DNA of 64,000 nucleotides from Ilumatobacteraceae bacterium (lineage in GTDB: Bacteria > Actinomycetota > Acidimicrobiia > Acidimicrobiales > Ilumatobacteraceae), in assembly GCA_031390905.1 (NCBI GenBank), contig JANMTV010000051.1, positions 2,881 through 66,880 on the forward strand. The letters are read 5' to 3'. Positions 11,283-21,601 of the stretch are shown piece after piece (within the stretch, counting starts at the first letter, position 1; each line of letters starts with the position of its first letter). The notes beneath the pieces were generated by a model. That model had not been told where the DNA came from and ran no database searches. It worked only from the letters and a program-made list of their open reading frames with translations. The position numbers were made by a program, and so were the translations under genes.

Positions 11283-12998
11283 TCAGACGAGGTTGGTGAT
11301 GGCGCCCTTTTCGGCACCTTGAGCCAAGCGGGCGTACTTGCCCAACACGCCGCTTGTGTAACGCGGAGGGTTCGGCTGCCAACCATCACGTCGACGCGCC
11401 AACTCATCGTCATCGACCATCAGATCGAGCGAGAACGTCGGTACGTCGACTTTGATTCGATCACCGTCTTTCACGAACGCGATCGGGCCACCGTCGACCG
11501 CTTCCGGTGCGACGTGCCCGATGCAGAAACCCCACGTGCCACCCGAGAAACGGCCATCGGTGATCAAGGCAACGTCGGCGCCGCGACCGGCTCCCTTGAG
11601 CGCTCCGGTGATCGCCAACATCTCGCGCATCCCCGGTCCACCCTTCGGACCTTCGTAGCGGATCACGATCACATCACCCGGTTTGATCTCGCCAGCCATA
11701 ACGGCGGCCATCGCCCCGTCCTCGCCGTCGAACACACGGGCCGGCCCCTCGAACGAACGCTGCTGTTTCGATAGGCCTGCGACCTTGACAACCGAACCTT
11801 TCGGTGCCAGCGATCCAGTCAGGATGTTCAATCCACCCTCTGCGTTGATCGGATTCGAAATCGGATACACGACGGTGCCATCTGGCGCCGGAGGATCGAT
11901 CTCTGCCAGGTTGTCGGCCATCGTCTTGCCGGTAACGGTCATCTCGTCGCCGTTGAGCAAGCCCTCATCGAGCAGGTGCTTGAGCACAACCGGGACGCCG
12001 CCGATCCGGTCGAGATCAGTCATGTGGAACTTACCGCCAGGCTTCATGTCGGCGAAGTGCGGAACCTTGGCAGCAATCCGGTTGAAGTCGGCGAGGTCGA
12101 GGTCGACGCCAATCTCATTGGCGATCGCCAGGAGGTGCAGCACGGCATTCGTCGACCCACCGAGTGCATTGGCCAACGCGATCGCATTCTCGAAGGCACC
12201 CTTGGTCAGGATGTCCTTCGGCCGCAGGCCGATCCTCAGCATGTTGACAACCGCTTCACCCGCGCGCCGAGCGTCATCCTCGCGGCGACGATCGACCGCC
12301 GGCGGGGACGCCGAGCCTGGCAGCGATAGTCCGAGCGCCTCGCCGATCGAACTCATTGTGTTGGCGGTGAACATGCCACCGCAGGCACCTTCTCCCGGAC
12401 ACGCATTGCGTTCGATCGCGTTCAGTTCCTGCTCGGTGATGCTGCCGGCCGCGCAGGCACCGATCGCCTCGAACACCGAGGTGATGTCGAGCGCCTTACC
12501 ATTGAGGTACCCCGGCAGCGTCGAACCGTTGTACACGAACACGCCAGGCAGATTGAGGCGGGCAATTGCCATCATCATGCCGGGCATCGACTTGTCGCAT
12601 CCGCCCGTTGCGACGAGACCATCGAGCCGCTCGCCGTGCATCACCGCTTCGACCGAGTCGGCGATGATCTCGCGACTGACGAGCGAGGCGCGCATCCCCT
12701 CGTGACCCATCGAAATGCCGTCGGACACCGTGATCGTGCCGAACTCGAGGGCCACCCCCCCGGCACTGCGCACACCCTCCTTGGCTGCTGCCGTCAACCG
12801 TCGAATCGACGCGTTACACGGCGTGATCTCGTTCCACGACGAGGCGATCCCAATCTGCGGCTTGACCCAGTCGTCATCGGTCAACCCAACCGCCCGCAAC
12901 ATCGCTCGAGCGGCGGCTTTCTGAATCCCGTCGGTCACATCACGCGAACGTGGCTTGATATCGACAGGTGTGTCGCTGGATGGTGTGAAGGCGGCCAT
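11283..12998 (-). CDS. ilvD: Dihydroxy-acid dehydratase
   Basis: [56 protein letters not shown]; start could be TTG 13025. Confidence 0.97.
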   Translation of the reverse strand: MAAFTPSSDTPVDIKPRSRDVTDGIQKAAARAMLRAVGLTDDDWVKPQIGIASSWNEITPCNASIRRLTAAAKEGVRSAGGVALEFGTITVSDGISMGHEGMRASLVSREIIADSVEAVMHGERLDGLVATGGCDKSMPGMMMAIARLNLPGVFVYNGSTLPGYLNGKALDITSVFEAIGACAAGSITEQELNAIERNACPGEGACGGMFTANTMSSIGEALGLSLPGSASPPAVDRRREDDARRAGEAVVNMLRIGLRPKDILTKGAFENAIALANALGGSTNAVLHLLAIANEIGVDLDLADFNRIAAKVPHFADMKPGGKFHMTDLDRIGGVPVVLKHLLDEGLLNGDEMTVTGKTMADNLAEIDPPAPDGTVVYPISNPINAEGGLNILTGSLAPKGSVVKVAGLSKQQRSFEGPARVFDGEDGAMAAVMAGEIKPGDVIVIRYEGPKGGPGMREMLAITGALKGAGRGADVALITDGRFSGGTWGFCIGHVAPEAVDGGPIAFVKDGDRIKVDVPTFSLDLMVDDDELARRRDGWQPNPPRYTSGVLGKYARLAQGAEKGAITNLV

Positions 12999-13138
12999 AT
13001 CGGTGAGGGTAGTCGGCACGGTCAAGAGTCAGTCTGGTGCAACCGCTACCACGATGCTCAACACCCGGAGGCGACTAGCGTGCGCATCGTGAGCCCGTAT
13101 AGCGACGGCATCGTTCCGGTATTGGACGTCGGGGTGTA

Positions 13139-14032
13139 ATGCCAACCGGTCGATCGTTTGCGAGTACCTGTTCGGCTCGCACAGCGCTGGCCGGTAACCC
13201 GTCGGATGGGTACGGCGGCGCTGTCGTGGCGATGCCAATCGACGATTTGTTCGCGGTGGCATCGACCACCGAAGCGACCGAGTTCGTCGTTGATGCCGCC
13301 GAACCCGATATGCATCGTCTGCTGGCCACCACCGCTGAGGCCTTTCGCGATTACATCGGTTCGTTGCCGAGCGTTCGGCTTTCGGCCTCGACCGAGATCC
13401 CGCGCTCCGTCGGGCTCGGCGGATCGAGTGCGATCGTGATCGCCGCACTCCGCGCGCTGGGTGCCTGGGAGGCACACAAATGGGAAGCGATCGAACTCGC
13501 CAAACTGGCGCTGTCTGTCGAACGTGATCGTCTCGGAATCGAAGCCGGGTTACAAGATCGGCTCGTGCAGGTCGCCGGTCAACTTGTCAGCGTGACGTTC
13601 GCGCCGGTCGCGGTTGAGACTCTCGACATGCCCGACTGGTCGTTCTTCCTGGGATGGGCACCGTCGGCGGCCGAGACCAGTGACGCAGTTCATCGATCGA
13701 TCCGTAGGCGTTATGACGCCGGTGATCCACCCGTGCACGCGGCGATGCTCGAGTTGGCGGAGCAGGCCTCGATCGCCAAGTTGGCGATCGTCAACGGCGA
13801 GCGAGAGCGGCTCGGCGTCGCAATGAACAAAACTTTCGAGCTGCGAACCACGATGATCGACGTCGGCCCAGCCCAACGCCGACTGGTCGAGCTTGGTCAA
13901 AGAACCGGTGCCTTCGTCAACTCGGCCGGCTCCGGCGGATCGGTAGTCGGCTTGGCGAGCGACGCCGATCACATCGCCGAGCTGAGCCACGTCTACCGAT
14001 CCTCCGGCGCCCAGTTCCACCCAATCTCGTAA
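13139..14032 (+). CDS. GHMP-family kinase, glucuronokinase-like
   Basis: ARTALAGNPSDGYGG, IPRSVGLGGSSA (GHMP ATP loop), GLQDRLVQ, SAGSGGSVVG. Confidence 0.75.
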   Translation: MPTGRSFASTCSARTALAGNPSDGYGGAVVAMPIDDLFAVASTTEATEFVVDAAEPDMHRLLATTAEAFRDYIGSLPSVRLSASTEIPRSVGLGGSSAIVIAALRALGAWEAHKWEAIELAKLALSVERDRLGIEAGLQDRLVQVAGQLVSVTFAPVAVETLDMPDWSFFLGWAPSAAETSDAVHRSIRRRYDAGDPPVHAAMLELAEQASIAKLAIVNGERERLGVAMNKTFELRTTMIDVGPAQRRLVELGQRTGAFVNSAGSGGSVVGLASDADHIAELSHVYRSSGAQFHPIS

Positions 14033-14094
14033 ACCGCGTCGACCCGCTCGGCCCTCGCCACAACCTTCGAGGCCAACCGCCCCCTACCCCAAAC

Positions 14095-14216
14095 TTTGCG
14101 GCAGGCATTACGACACGCAACGTCGTAGTGGCTGCCACAAAATCGCGGCCAGCAGTCTGCGGCAGGGATCAAGACGAAATCCGTCATCTCTCCTGCCACA
14201 AAATTGTTGGGCAGGG
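14095..14216. repeat. Two tandem REP-like hairpins (period 61 bp) between convergent genes
   Basis: TGCGGCAGG at 14097 and 14158, CTGCCACAAAAT at 14132 and 14193; arms are complementary, interiors differ. Confidence 0.7.
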
Positions 14217-14228
14217 TCGAGTCGGCGC

Positions 14229-15665
14229 TCAGCTCTTTCGGGCGTTGAGGATCGTTGTGACCAGTTTGCCGTCGGCTTGACCTTTGCTGGCTTTCATGAT
14301 GTGGCCGACGAGGGCACCCATCGCTTTACCTTCGCCAGCGCAGAACTTTGCCCACGCCTCGGGGTCGGCGGCGATCGCAGCGTCGACGAACCCTGCGAGC
14401 TCGGAGGTATCCATCGCCGCGAAGCCCCTCTCGGCGGCGATCGCTGCGGCGTCTCCCCCGCCACGAGCAACCAACTCGGCAAGCACTGATTTTGCCTGCG
14501 TAGCCGTCAGCGCACCTTCGACTTCGAGGCGGGTGAGAGCAGCAACGTCGGCGGCAGGCAATGTCGGTTCCGGCCCAAGTTCCGCAAACGCTTCTTTGAT
14601 GTACACCACGGCGCGACCGACATCGCCACCAGCCGCTTGAACAGCAAGCGCATATTGATCCTGTCGACGATCAACGATCGACATGATCAATTCACTGTCG
14701 GGTGCCACGCCGGCGGCCTCGGCGAGCCGAGCTCGACGGACGGCAGGCAGCACGGGCAAAGCCGCTCGAACCTGATCGATCCATTCTTGACTTGGCTCGA
14801 CCGGCACAAGATCCGGCTCGAGGAAATAGCGATAATCGTCGGAGTTCTCCTTGTCACGCAGCGTGTGGGTCCGTCCGTCGCCCTCGTCCCAGTGACGGGT
14901 CTGCTGGCGCACCGACTCGCCCGCATCAAGCATCAGGATCTGACGCTTGGCCTCGTACTCGATCGCACGGCCAACAGATCGAACCGAGTTGACGTTCTTG
15001 ATCTCGCAGCGCGTGCCGTACTCGGCCCCGGCGCGACGCACGCTGACGTTGGCGTCAACACGCATCGAACCTTCTTCCATCTTGGCGTCGGAGGCACCGA
15101 TCGCCAGCAGGATCCCACGCAGTTCCGTCACGTACTGCCTGGCCTGCTCTGGTGAGCGAAGGTCAGGACGACTGACGATTTCGACCAGCGGCACACCGGC
15201 CCGGTTGAGGTCAATCAGCGAGTAGTCGGCGCCGTGTACACGGCCGTCGCCACCGGCATGCGACGACTTGCCGGCGTCCTCTTCCATATGCGCTCGCTCG
15301 ATGCCGATCCGCGTGCCATCTGGCAGGTCGAGCCATCCGTCGACGTTGAGCGGCTGGTCGTATTGGCTGATTTGGTAGGCCTTCGGCATATCGGGATAGA
15401 AATAGTTCTTGCGGGCGAACGTGCAGGCCTGCACCGTGCAGTTGAGCGACAGCCCGATTCGCAACGCCAACTCGACGGCATGGCGGTTGAGCACGGGTAG
15501 CGCGCCGGGCAGGCCGAGTGTGACCGGGTCGATGTTGGTGTTCGGCTCGTCACCAAACCGGTTCGGCGACGAGGAAAACAACTTCGTGTTCGTCGCCAAC
15601 TCGACATGTACTTCGAGACCAACAACCATCTCGTAGCCGTCGAGTTCCCACAGTGCATCGCTCAC
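14229..15665 (-). CDS. gatB: Asp/Glu-tRNA amidotransferase subunit B
   Basis: VGLEVHVEL, RKNYFYPDMPK, HMEEDAGK, NRAGVPLVEIVS, GSMRVDANVS. Confidence 0.98.
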   Translation of the reverse strand: MSDALWELDGYEMVVGLEVHVELATNTKLFSSSPNRFGDEPNTNIDPVTLGLPGALPVLNRHAVELALRIGLSLNCTVQACTFARKNYFYPDMPKAYQISQYDQPLNVDGWLDLPDGTRIGIERAHMEEDAGKSSHAGGDGRVHGADYSLIDLNRAGVPLVEIVSRPDLRSPEQARQYVTELRGILLAIGASDAKMEEGSMRVDANVSVRRAGAEYGTRCEIKNVNSVRSVGRAIEYEAKRQILMLDAGESVRQQTRHWDEGDGRTHTLRDKENSDDYRYFLEPDLVPVEPSQEWIDQVRAALPVLPAVRRARLAEAAGVAPDSELIMSIVDRRQDQYALAVQAAGGDVGRAVVYIKEAFAELGPEPTLPAADVAALTRLEVEGALTATQAKSVLAELVARGGGDAAAIAAERGFAAMDTSELAGFVDAAIAADPEAWAKFCAGEGKAMGALVGHIMKASKGQADGKLVTTILNARKS

Positions 15666-17104
15666 GACAGACCTCCCGCGGCGCGTTCCAACTCTGCCGC
15701 CACCTGCAGCATCACCGGCTCGCCGAGCGACGGTGCAAGCACTTGCACTCCGACCGGCAGGCCGTATGCACCGGAACCGAAGGGCACACTGATCGCCGGT
15801 TCACCGGTCAAGTTGGTCGGGATCGTGTAGGTATCGCACAGGTACATCGTCAGTGGACTATCGGTCTTGGCTCCGAATGGGAACGCAACGCTCGGCGATG
15901 TCGGCGTCAACAACACGTCAGCGTGCTCGTAGGCACGTGCGAAATCATCAGCCATGAGGCGGCGGATGCGCAGCGCCTTGCCATAGTACGCGTCGTAGTA
16001 GCCGGCCGAAAGGGCGTACGTGCCGAGCATGATTCGACGTTTCACCTCATCGCCGAAACCGGCGCTCCGGGTCGCCATGTACATCGAGTCGGTGTCGGCA
16101 GCGTCGACCCGCATCCCGTATCGCACACCGTCGTAGCGAGCCAGGTTCGACGAGGCTTCTGCCGGGGCAATGATGTAATACGCGGTGAGGCCGTAGGTGA
16201 ACGCCGGCACCTCGACGTCGACGATCATCGCGCCCGCTGCGGCGAGTGCGTCGAAGGCCTGTTCGACCCGTTCGGCGACGTCGGCATCGGCGCCCTCAGG
16301 CAAGTCACGAATCCGACCAACCCGGAGACCTTCGACGCCACGATCGAGGGCTGCTGAGTAGACCGGCACCGATTCAGGGATCGATGTCGAATCCATCGGG
16401 TCATGGCCGCAAATGACTTGCAGTGCGAGCGCCGCATCGGCGACCGTCTGCGTAAACGGGCCGATCTGATCGAGGCTGCTGGCGAACGCCACGAGGCCAT
16501 ACCGGCTGACGCGACCGTACGTCGGCTTGACACCGACGACGCCGCACAACGCTGCCGGTTGGCGGATCGAGCCGCCGGTGTCAGACCCGAACGAAAGTGC
16601 CGCAAAACCAGCCGCGACCGCAGCCGCTGAACCACCAGATGACCCACCCGGAACGCGGCTCGTGTCGAGTGGATTACGAGTCGGACCGAAGGCGGAGTTC
16701 TCAGTCGACGAACCCATCGCGAACTCGTCGAGGTTGGTCTTCCCAACCGTGATCGCCCCAGCGTTTCGAAGCATCGAAACGACCGTGCCGTCGTAGGGCG
16801 GCTTCCACCCCTCGAGGATCTTGGACGAGCAGGTCGTCGGCACACCACGGGTGCACATGTTGTCTTTGAGGGCAACCGGTACGCCGGCCAGCGGACCTGG
16901 GTCGTGACCCGCGGCGACTGCAGCATCGATCTCGGCAGCACGGGCTCGGGCTGAGTCAGCCATCACCAAGTTGAAGGCGTGTACCTCGGTTTCGCGTCCG
17001 TCGATCGCTGCCAGGTGCTGCTCCAGGACATCGACGGCCGAGAGGGTACCCGCACGGACACCAGCCACAATCGCTGACGCGGTGAGGCGCTCGGACATGG
17101 TCAT
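15662..17104 (-). CDS. gatA: Asp/Glu-tRNA amidotransferase subunit A
   Basis: GKTNLDEFAMGSS, GGSSGGSAAA, SDTGGSIRQP, RRIMLGTY. Confidence 0.98.
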   Translation of the reverse strand: MTMSERLTASAIVAGVRAGTLSAVDVLEQHLAAIDGRETEVHAFNLVMADSARARAAEIDAAVAAGHDPGPLAGVPVALKDNMCTRGVPTTCSSKILEGWKPPYDGTVVSMLRNAGAITVGKTNLDEFAMGSSTENSAFGPTRNPLDTSRVPGGSSGGSAAAVAAGFAALSFGSDTGGSIRQPAALCGVVGVKPTYGRVSRYGLVAFASSLDQIGPFTQTVADAALALQVICGHDPMDSTSIPESVPVYSAALDRGVEGLRVGRIRDLPEGADADVAERVEQAFDALAAAGAMIVDVEVPAFTYGLTAYYIIAPAEASSNLARYDGVRYGMRVDAADTDSMYMATRSAGFGDEVKRRIMLGTYALSAGYYDAYYGKALRIRRLMADDFARAYEHADVLLTPTSPSVAFPFGAKTDSPLTMYLCDTYTIPTNLTGEPAISVPFGSGAYGLPVGVQVLAPSLGEPVMLQVAAELERAAGGLS

Positions 17105-17403
17105 AGCTCCAACCCGGTCGTCGGAGGAACCCGGAAGCGACCGGCTTCAGGTTGCGGCGCTGCTGCCAGCACCTCGTCGCGATCGAGGCACGCCATTTCC
17201 ACGTCTTCACGCATCACGTTGACCAACCGGTACGGCTGCGTCATCGGAGCAATACCGGAAAGATCGAGAGCATCGATGTCGGCAAAATGATCGAGCATGT
17301 CGCCGAGTTGCTCAGTGGCGAGCCGGATCTCGTCAGGGGTCAAATCAAGCCGGGCCAGGCGGGCAACCTTGGCAACCGCATCACTCGTCAGACGTTCAGA
17401 CAC
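17101..17403 (-). CDS. gatC: Asp/Glu-tRNA amidotransferase subunit C
   Basis: VAKVARLARL, VNVMRED, FRVP; overlaps gatA start. Confidence 0.95.
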   Translation of the reverse strand: MSERLTSDAVAKVARLARLDLTPDEIRLATEQLGDMLDHFADIDALDLSGIAPMTQPYRLVNVMREDVEMACLDRDEVLAAAPQPEAGRFRVPPTTGLEL

Positions 17404-17441
17404 AACACACGATGCTAATGGTCACCCAGGAGGCTGCCCAC

Positions 17442-18626
17442 CTAGGTTGTCGCCAGCACCGTTGCCCGAATCGGTTCAGGCCCGATATAGCGAGCTGCGG
17501 GGCGAATCAGCTTTCCTGCCGCCGCCTGTTCGATGGCGTGCAGGCACCAACCCACGGTTCGGCTGACAGCGAACGTGGGCGTGAACATCGAACGCGGCAG
17601 GCCAACAGTCTCCATGATCACCCCGGCGTAGAACTCGACGTTGCTCGGCAACGGTCGATCCGGCTTCAACTCGGCCAACGTCGCAAGGATCTGTGACTCG
17701 ATCTTCATCGCTCGCTCGACCAACGGTCCGCCGAGCTGTGCAGCCACCTCACGGAGCAGCGTGGAGCGAGGGTCGGGTGCCCGATAGACGGCGTGTCCGA
17801 AACCCATGATCCGACGACCGGCAGCCGTCTCGCGCCGAACCCACTCGGCAGCCCGATCCGGCGAACCGATCGCATCAAGCGCATCAAGCGCCCGGCTCGG
17901 CGCACCACCGTGGAGAGGACCGGCGAGCGCGCCAATCGCCGAACACACGACGTCGACCAGATCGGCCCCAGTCGAGGCCACTACTCGACCGGTGAACGTC
18001 GAAGCATTGAATCCGTGGTCAATCGTGAGGATCAAGTACTGCTCCAAGGCTCTGGAATGTTCGTCAGACGGATAGCGACCAGTCACCTGATGCAGGTAAG
18101 CCGCGGTATGACCGAGCTGATCGTCAGGTTCGACGGGCTCGAGGCCGATCACGCTTCGATGCAACCTGGCAAGAATCGTCGGCACCACTGATGCAACACG
18201 TTGCGCTTGACGGCTGCGCTCGGGTTGCATGAGGTCGAGCATGGGCGACAGGTTCAGCGCGGCCGTCGACACCGCCAACACTGACCGCAGTTTGGCGAGC
18301 GGGCTGGCCGACGTGGCAGCAACCGCATCAATCACTCGATCCAGCTCGGCTGGCACCAATCGGTCGGCGGCAATCGCCGCAGTGAACCGAGCACGTTCAG
18401 CCTCGTCAGGAAGATGACCACGATCGAGCAGAAACCAGGCATCCTCGAAACCGACGTGCCGAGCGAGGCCGACGGCGTCATATTGTCGATAGTGGAAGAA
18501 CCCCTCGTCGCCTCGCACATCGCCGATTTCTGTGGTCGCCACGGCAACTCCGTTGAGTCCGAATGGGACATCGATCAGGTTCTGCATACGTTCCAGTGTC
18601 GAGAGAACTTGATCCAATATCAACAT
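17442..18626 (-). CDS. Citrate synthase / 2-methylcitrate synthase family
   Basis: DHGFNASTF, GPLHGGA, MGFGHAVYRAPDPR, NVEFYAG; start may be 18626 or 18587. Confidence 0.88.
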   Translation of the reverse strand: MLILDQVLSTLERMQNLIDVPFGLNGVAVATTEIGDVRGDEGFFHYRQYDAVGLARHVGFEDAWFLLDRGHLPDEAERARFTAAIAADRLVPAELDRVIDAVAATSASPLAKLRSVLAVSTAALNLSPMLDLMQPERSRQAQRVASVVPTILARLHRSVIGLEPVEPDDQLGHTAAYLHQVTGRYPSDEHSRALEQYLILTIDHGFNASTFTGRVVASTGADLVDVVCSAIGALAGPLHGGAPSRALDALDAIGSPDRAAEWVRRETAAGRRIMGFGHAVYRAPDPRSTLLREVAAQLGGPLVERAMKIESQILATLAELKPDRPLPSNVEFYAGVIMETVGLPRSMFTPTFAVSRTVGWCLHAIEQAAAGKLIRPAARYIGPEPIRATVLATT

Positions 18627-18644
18627 TGATTGAATCAACGTTGA
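18620..18644. promoter_or_regulatory. 25-bp palindrome, candidate operator
   Basis: TCAACATTGATT-G-AATCAACGTTGA, 11/12 arm match, between divergent starts. Confidence 0.6.
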
Positions 18645-18675
18645 CAGATCCACTCCAATCGATGACGATGGCGTC

Positions 18676-19824
18676 GTGAGTACATCAATCGGGGCGTCCG
18701 ATGCAGCACGACTGCTCGGCGTCAGCAAGTCGACCCTGTACGCCTACGTCAGCAGAGGGATCGTCACCCGTCGGACCGCCGTCGACGGCCGCACATCGCT
18801 GTACAACCGAGACGAAATCGACCACCTCCGGCAGCGATCACGCCAACGTCCAGTCATGGAAAGACCGACCATCGACGTCCAAATCACATCGTCGATCACC
18901 GAACTGCACGACGACGGTGTGCGTTACAGAGGGCACGACGTGGCCGAGCTGGCCACTACGACATCGTTCGAGCGCACCGCCGAACTGCTGTGGACCAACC
19001 GTCTCCCTGAGGACGAGCCGCGGTGGCCGGTCGACAGAGAGCTGCTGGCGATCTGCAAACGAGCGGTTGGCGCCGTCGACTCAGGCGATCCGCTGACTGC
19101 GCTGGCTCTGACTGCCACAGTCCTTGCCGCCCACTCCCCCACACTCGACGCGCCCGCCGCCGCCCGCCACATGTTGGCGATCGTTCCCGCTGTCCTTGGT
19201 GGCTCTCTTCGCGGCGATGTGGCGAGCCGTCTCAGCAGTTCGTGGATCAAGAACCCCTCACCGGAGTTTGTCGCCGCAGTCGCGCAGACATTGGTGCTGC
19301 TCGCCGACCATGAACTGGCGACCAGCACGCTGGCGGTGCGAGTCGCCTGCTCGGTGCGAACTGATCCGTACTCGGCATTCGTTGTCGGACTGTCGGTCAT
19401 GCGTGGCGCACTGCATGGTGCCGCCAGCCGTGACGTGGCCACGCTCTTTGATGAAGCTGCCGAGGTTGGCGCGTCGGCGGCTGTGAACGGGTACGTGAGA
19501 CGAAGGGATCGGCTCCCCGGATTCGGTCACAGCGTGTATCGCAATGGCGACCCTCGGTTTGTTCCACTGCTCGAATGCGTCTCTCGAATTCCCGTCACCA
19601 ACGACAGGATCGACATCGTCCATGACGTGTTGGGGGCAGCGGGGCGACAGCTCGGTCTCTACCCAAATGTCGATTTCGCGCTCGGTGCGCTGACATTCGT
19701 CACCGAGATTCCGCCCGACGTTCCACTGTTCGCGATCGCCAGGATCGCCGGCTGGGCGGCCCACTATGCCGAGGAGCTCGACGAGCGACCAGTTCGCTTC
19801 CGAGGGCTGGCACGCGCCCGGTGA
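18676..19824 (+). CDS. Citrate-synthase-like protein with N-terminal helix-turn-helix
   Basis: AARLLGVSKSTLYAYVSRG (excisionase/MerR-type HTH), then DHELATST, LHGAA, GFGHSVY, NVDFAL. Confidence 0.88.
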   Translation: MSTSIGASDAARLLGVSKSTLYAYVSRGIVTRRTAVDGRTSLYNRDEIDHLRQRSRQRPVMERPTIDVQITSSITELHDDGVRYRGHDVAELATTTSFERTAELLWTNRLPEDEPRWPVDRELLAICKRAVGAVDSGDPLTALALTATVLAAHSPTLDAPAAARHMLAIVPAVLGGSLRGDVASRLSSSWIKNPSPEFVAAVAQTLVLLADHELATSTLAVRVACSVRTDPYSAFVVGLSVMRGALHGAASRDVATLFDEAAEVGASAAVNGYVRRRDRLPGFGHSVYRNGDPRFVPLLECVSRIPVTNDRIDIVHDVLGAAGRQLGLYPNVDFALGALTFVTEIPPDVPLFAIARIAGWAAHYAEELDERPVRFRGLARAR

Positions 19825-19830
19825 CGATCC

Positions 19831-20733
19831 TCAATCGACTGGCTCAGCCGTCTCTGACTCCACGTGAATCTCTGCGACGGCTTCGACGTCCGCGTCAGGT
19901 TCGGCTTCTGTTGGAGTCGGAGCAGTGGGCCAGGTGCGGCCACGGGTCAACAGGAGGTAGATCGCTCCGCCTGCGATCGTCGCCAACGCAACCCACTGAT
20001 TCCAGCGCATACCGGCGACCTGATGCGACAGGTCGATGCGGAGGCCCTCGATCCAGAATCGGCCAATCCCGTATCCGATCAGATACACCGCCAGCAAACG
20101 GCCTGGCGCGAGCCTGAACCGACGATGGACCCACAACAAGACCGCACACAACGCCAGGTTCCACAGCGATTCATACAGGAACGCCGGGTGATACGTCGTG
20201 CCAGCCAAATCGCCGACCGGTTGATGATCGGCGTCGATTTCGAGTCCCCACGGCAGGTCGGTCGGCTTACCGTACAGCTCCTGGTTGAACCAGTTCCCCC
20301 AGCGACCGATCGCCTGCGCCAGCGGAATCGCAGGCGCCACGCACGTCATCACGATCGGCACCGGAATACCTCGGCGTTTCGCCTGCCAACCACCCACCAC
20401 CAGTCCGGCCAGAATCCCCCCGGGAATCCCGAGCCCGCCTTCCCAGATCTTGGGGATCGAACCGAGATCGTCGGAGAAGCGACTCCAGTCGGTGGCGACG
20501 TGATAGAGCCGTGCACCGATCACACCGGCAACGACTCCCCACGTTGCGATCGACGACGCATCGTCTGTGGTCCCAACTCGTTCTTCGACGAACAGCTTGC
20601 CCATCAACCACACACCGGCGATCACGCCGAGGGCGATCATCAGACCATAAGCCCGCAAGTTGAGCGGACCAATCGAGATCGCATTGTCCGACGGGCTCGG
20701 CAGCGAACCCAGCAAAGCGCCGAAACCGTTCAA
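19831..20733 (-). CDS. lgt: Prolipoprotein diacylglyceryl transferase
   Basis: LRAYGLMI, WEGGLGIPGG, AIGRWGNWFNQELYG, HPAFLYES, RFWIEGLR; start approximate. Confidence 0.93.
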   Translation of the reverse strand: MNGFGALLGSLPSPSDNAISIGPLNLRAYGLMIALGVIAGVWLMGKLFVEERVGTTDDASSIATWGVVAGVIGARLYHVATDWSRFSDDLGSIPKIWEGGLGIPGGILAGLVVGGWQAKRRGIPVPIVMTCVAPAIPLAQAIGRWGNWFNQELYGKPTDLPWGLEIDADHQPVGDLAGTTYHPAFLYESLWNLALCAVLLWVHRRFRLAPGRLLAVYLIGYGIGRFWIEGLRIDLSHQVAGMRWNQWVALATIAGGAIYLLLTRGRTWPTAPTPTEAEPDADVEAVAEIHVESETAEPVD

Positions 20734-21479
20734 GAGTGACTCACTTTCTTGACGAAGGCGACCGCCTCTGACGTGACGAAGTCGCGTTCGTAGTCTCGGG
20801 TGGCGACATGATAGCTGCGTTCGAGCCACGTGTGTTCGACCTCGCCGCCCCATGTGCCGACGAGATATTCGCTGTCGGCCGGGTCAACCACGTGATCCTG
20901 ACGGGAGGTCAGCACAAGCAGGGGCATCTGCAGCTCACCGAAACGATCCGTGATCTTGGCAATACCGTCGTGGAGTAGTGAACGCAGCGGAACCAGGGGT
21001 GTGCCGGGATACGCGATGTCGGACGCATCCGGATCGGCGATGTCAGATTCGTCGCCACCCGGCACGATTGTCAAACCGTCCTCGATGAACTCGTCGAGCA
21101 TCTCCATCGTGACGGCGTCACGAAGTCGGGTCAACGGATTGATGCACACCAGCCCGGAAACGGAGCGATGTTGGAGCGCTGCATTCAAAATCAGGCTGGC
21201 ACCCATGCTCTGACCCACCAGGACGACGTGTTGCGTACGAGCCGCCAGGCGCTGGTAGGCGAATTCGACCTCACCGACCCAGTCGTTCCATCCCGTCGTC
21301 AACATGTCGTTCACGGTGGTCCCGTGACCTGGTAGTCGCGGCAGCTCGACGTCGAACCCGGCGTCAACCATCGCGTCGGCGATCTGGCGCAATGAGGCAG
21401 GCGAGCCGGTAAATCCATGCAGTGTGATCACACCCACCTGCGACCCGGCGACATGCGACATCGGCTCGCATCCGGGCAT
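20730..21479 (-). CDS. Carboxylesterase / monoacylglycerol lipase, alpha/beta hydrolase
   Basis: LHGFTGSP, LPGHGT, GQSMG, QDHVV, SYHVAT. Confidence 0.88.
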   Translation of the reverse strand: MPGCEPMSHVAGSQVGVITLHGFTGSPASLRQIADAMVDAGFDVELPRLPGHGTTVNDMLTTGWNDWVGEVEFAYQRLAARTQHVVLVGQSMGASLILNAALQHRSVSGLVCINPLTRLRDAVTMEMLDEFIEDGLTIVPGGDESDIADPDASDIAYPGTPLVPLRSLLHDGIAKITDRFGELQMPLLVLTSRQDHVVDPADSEYLVGTWGGEVEHTWLERSYHVATRDYERDFVTSEAVAFVKKVSHS

Positions 21480-21601
21480 CACCTCCACAGCTATGCCTGC
21501 GCTAACCGTCATCCCAGAGTTTCTAGCAGCCGATTGGCTTGACCCGCTGGTCAAGCGTCGGCTTCACTAGGACAGTGAGCATCGGTGAGCGAACATCGAC
21601 C

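Noticed and set aside
14095-14216. Mini-CRISPR or tRNA
   Set aside because: Only two degenerate units, arms are inverted, no cloverleaf or T-loop.
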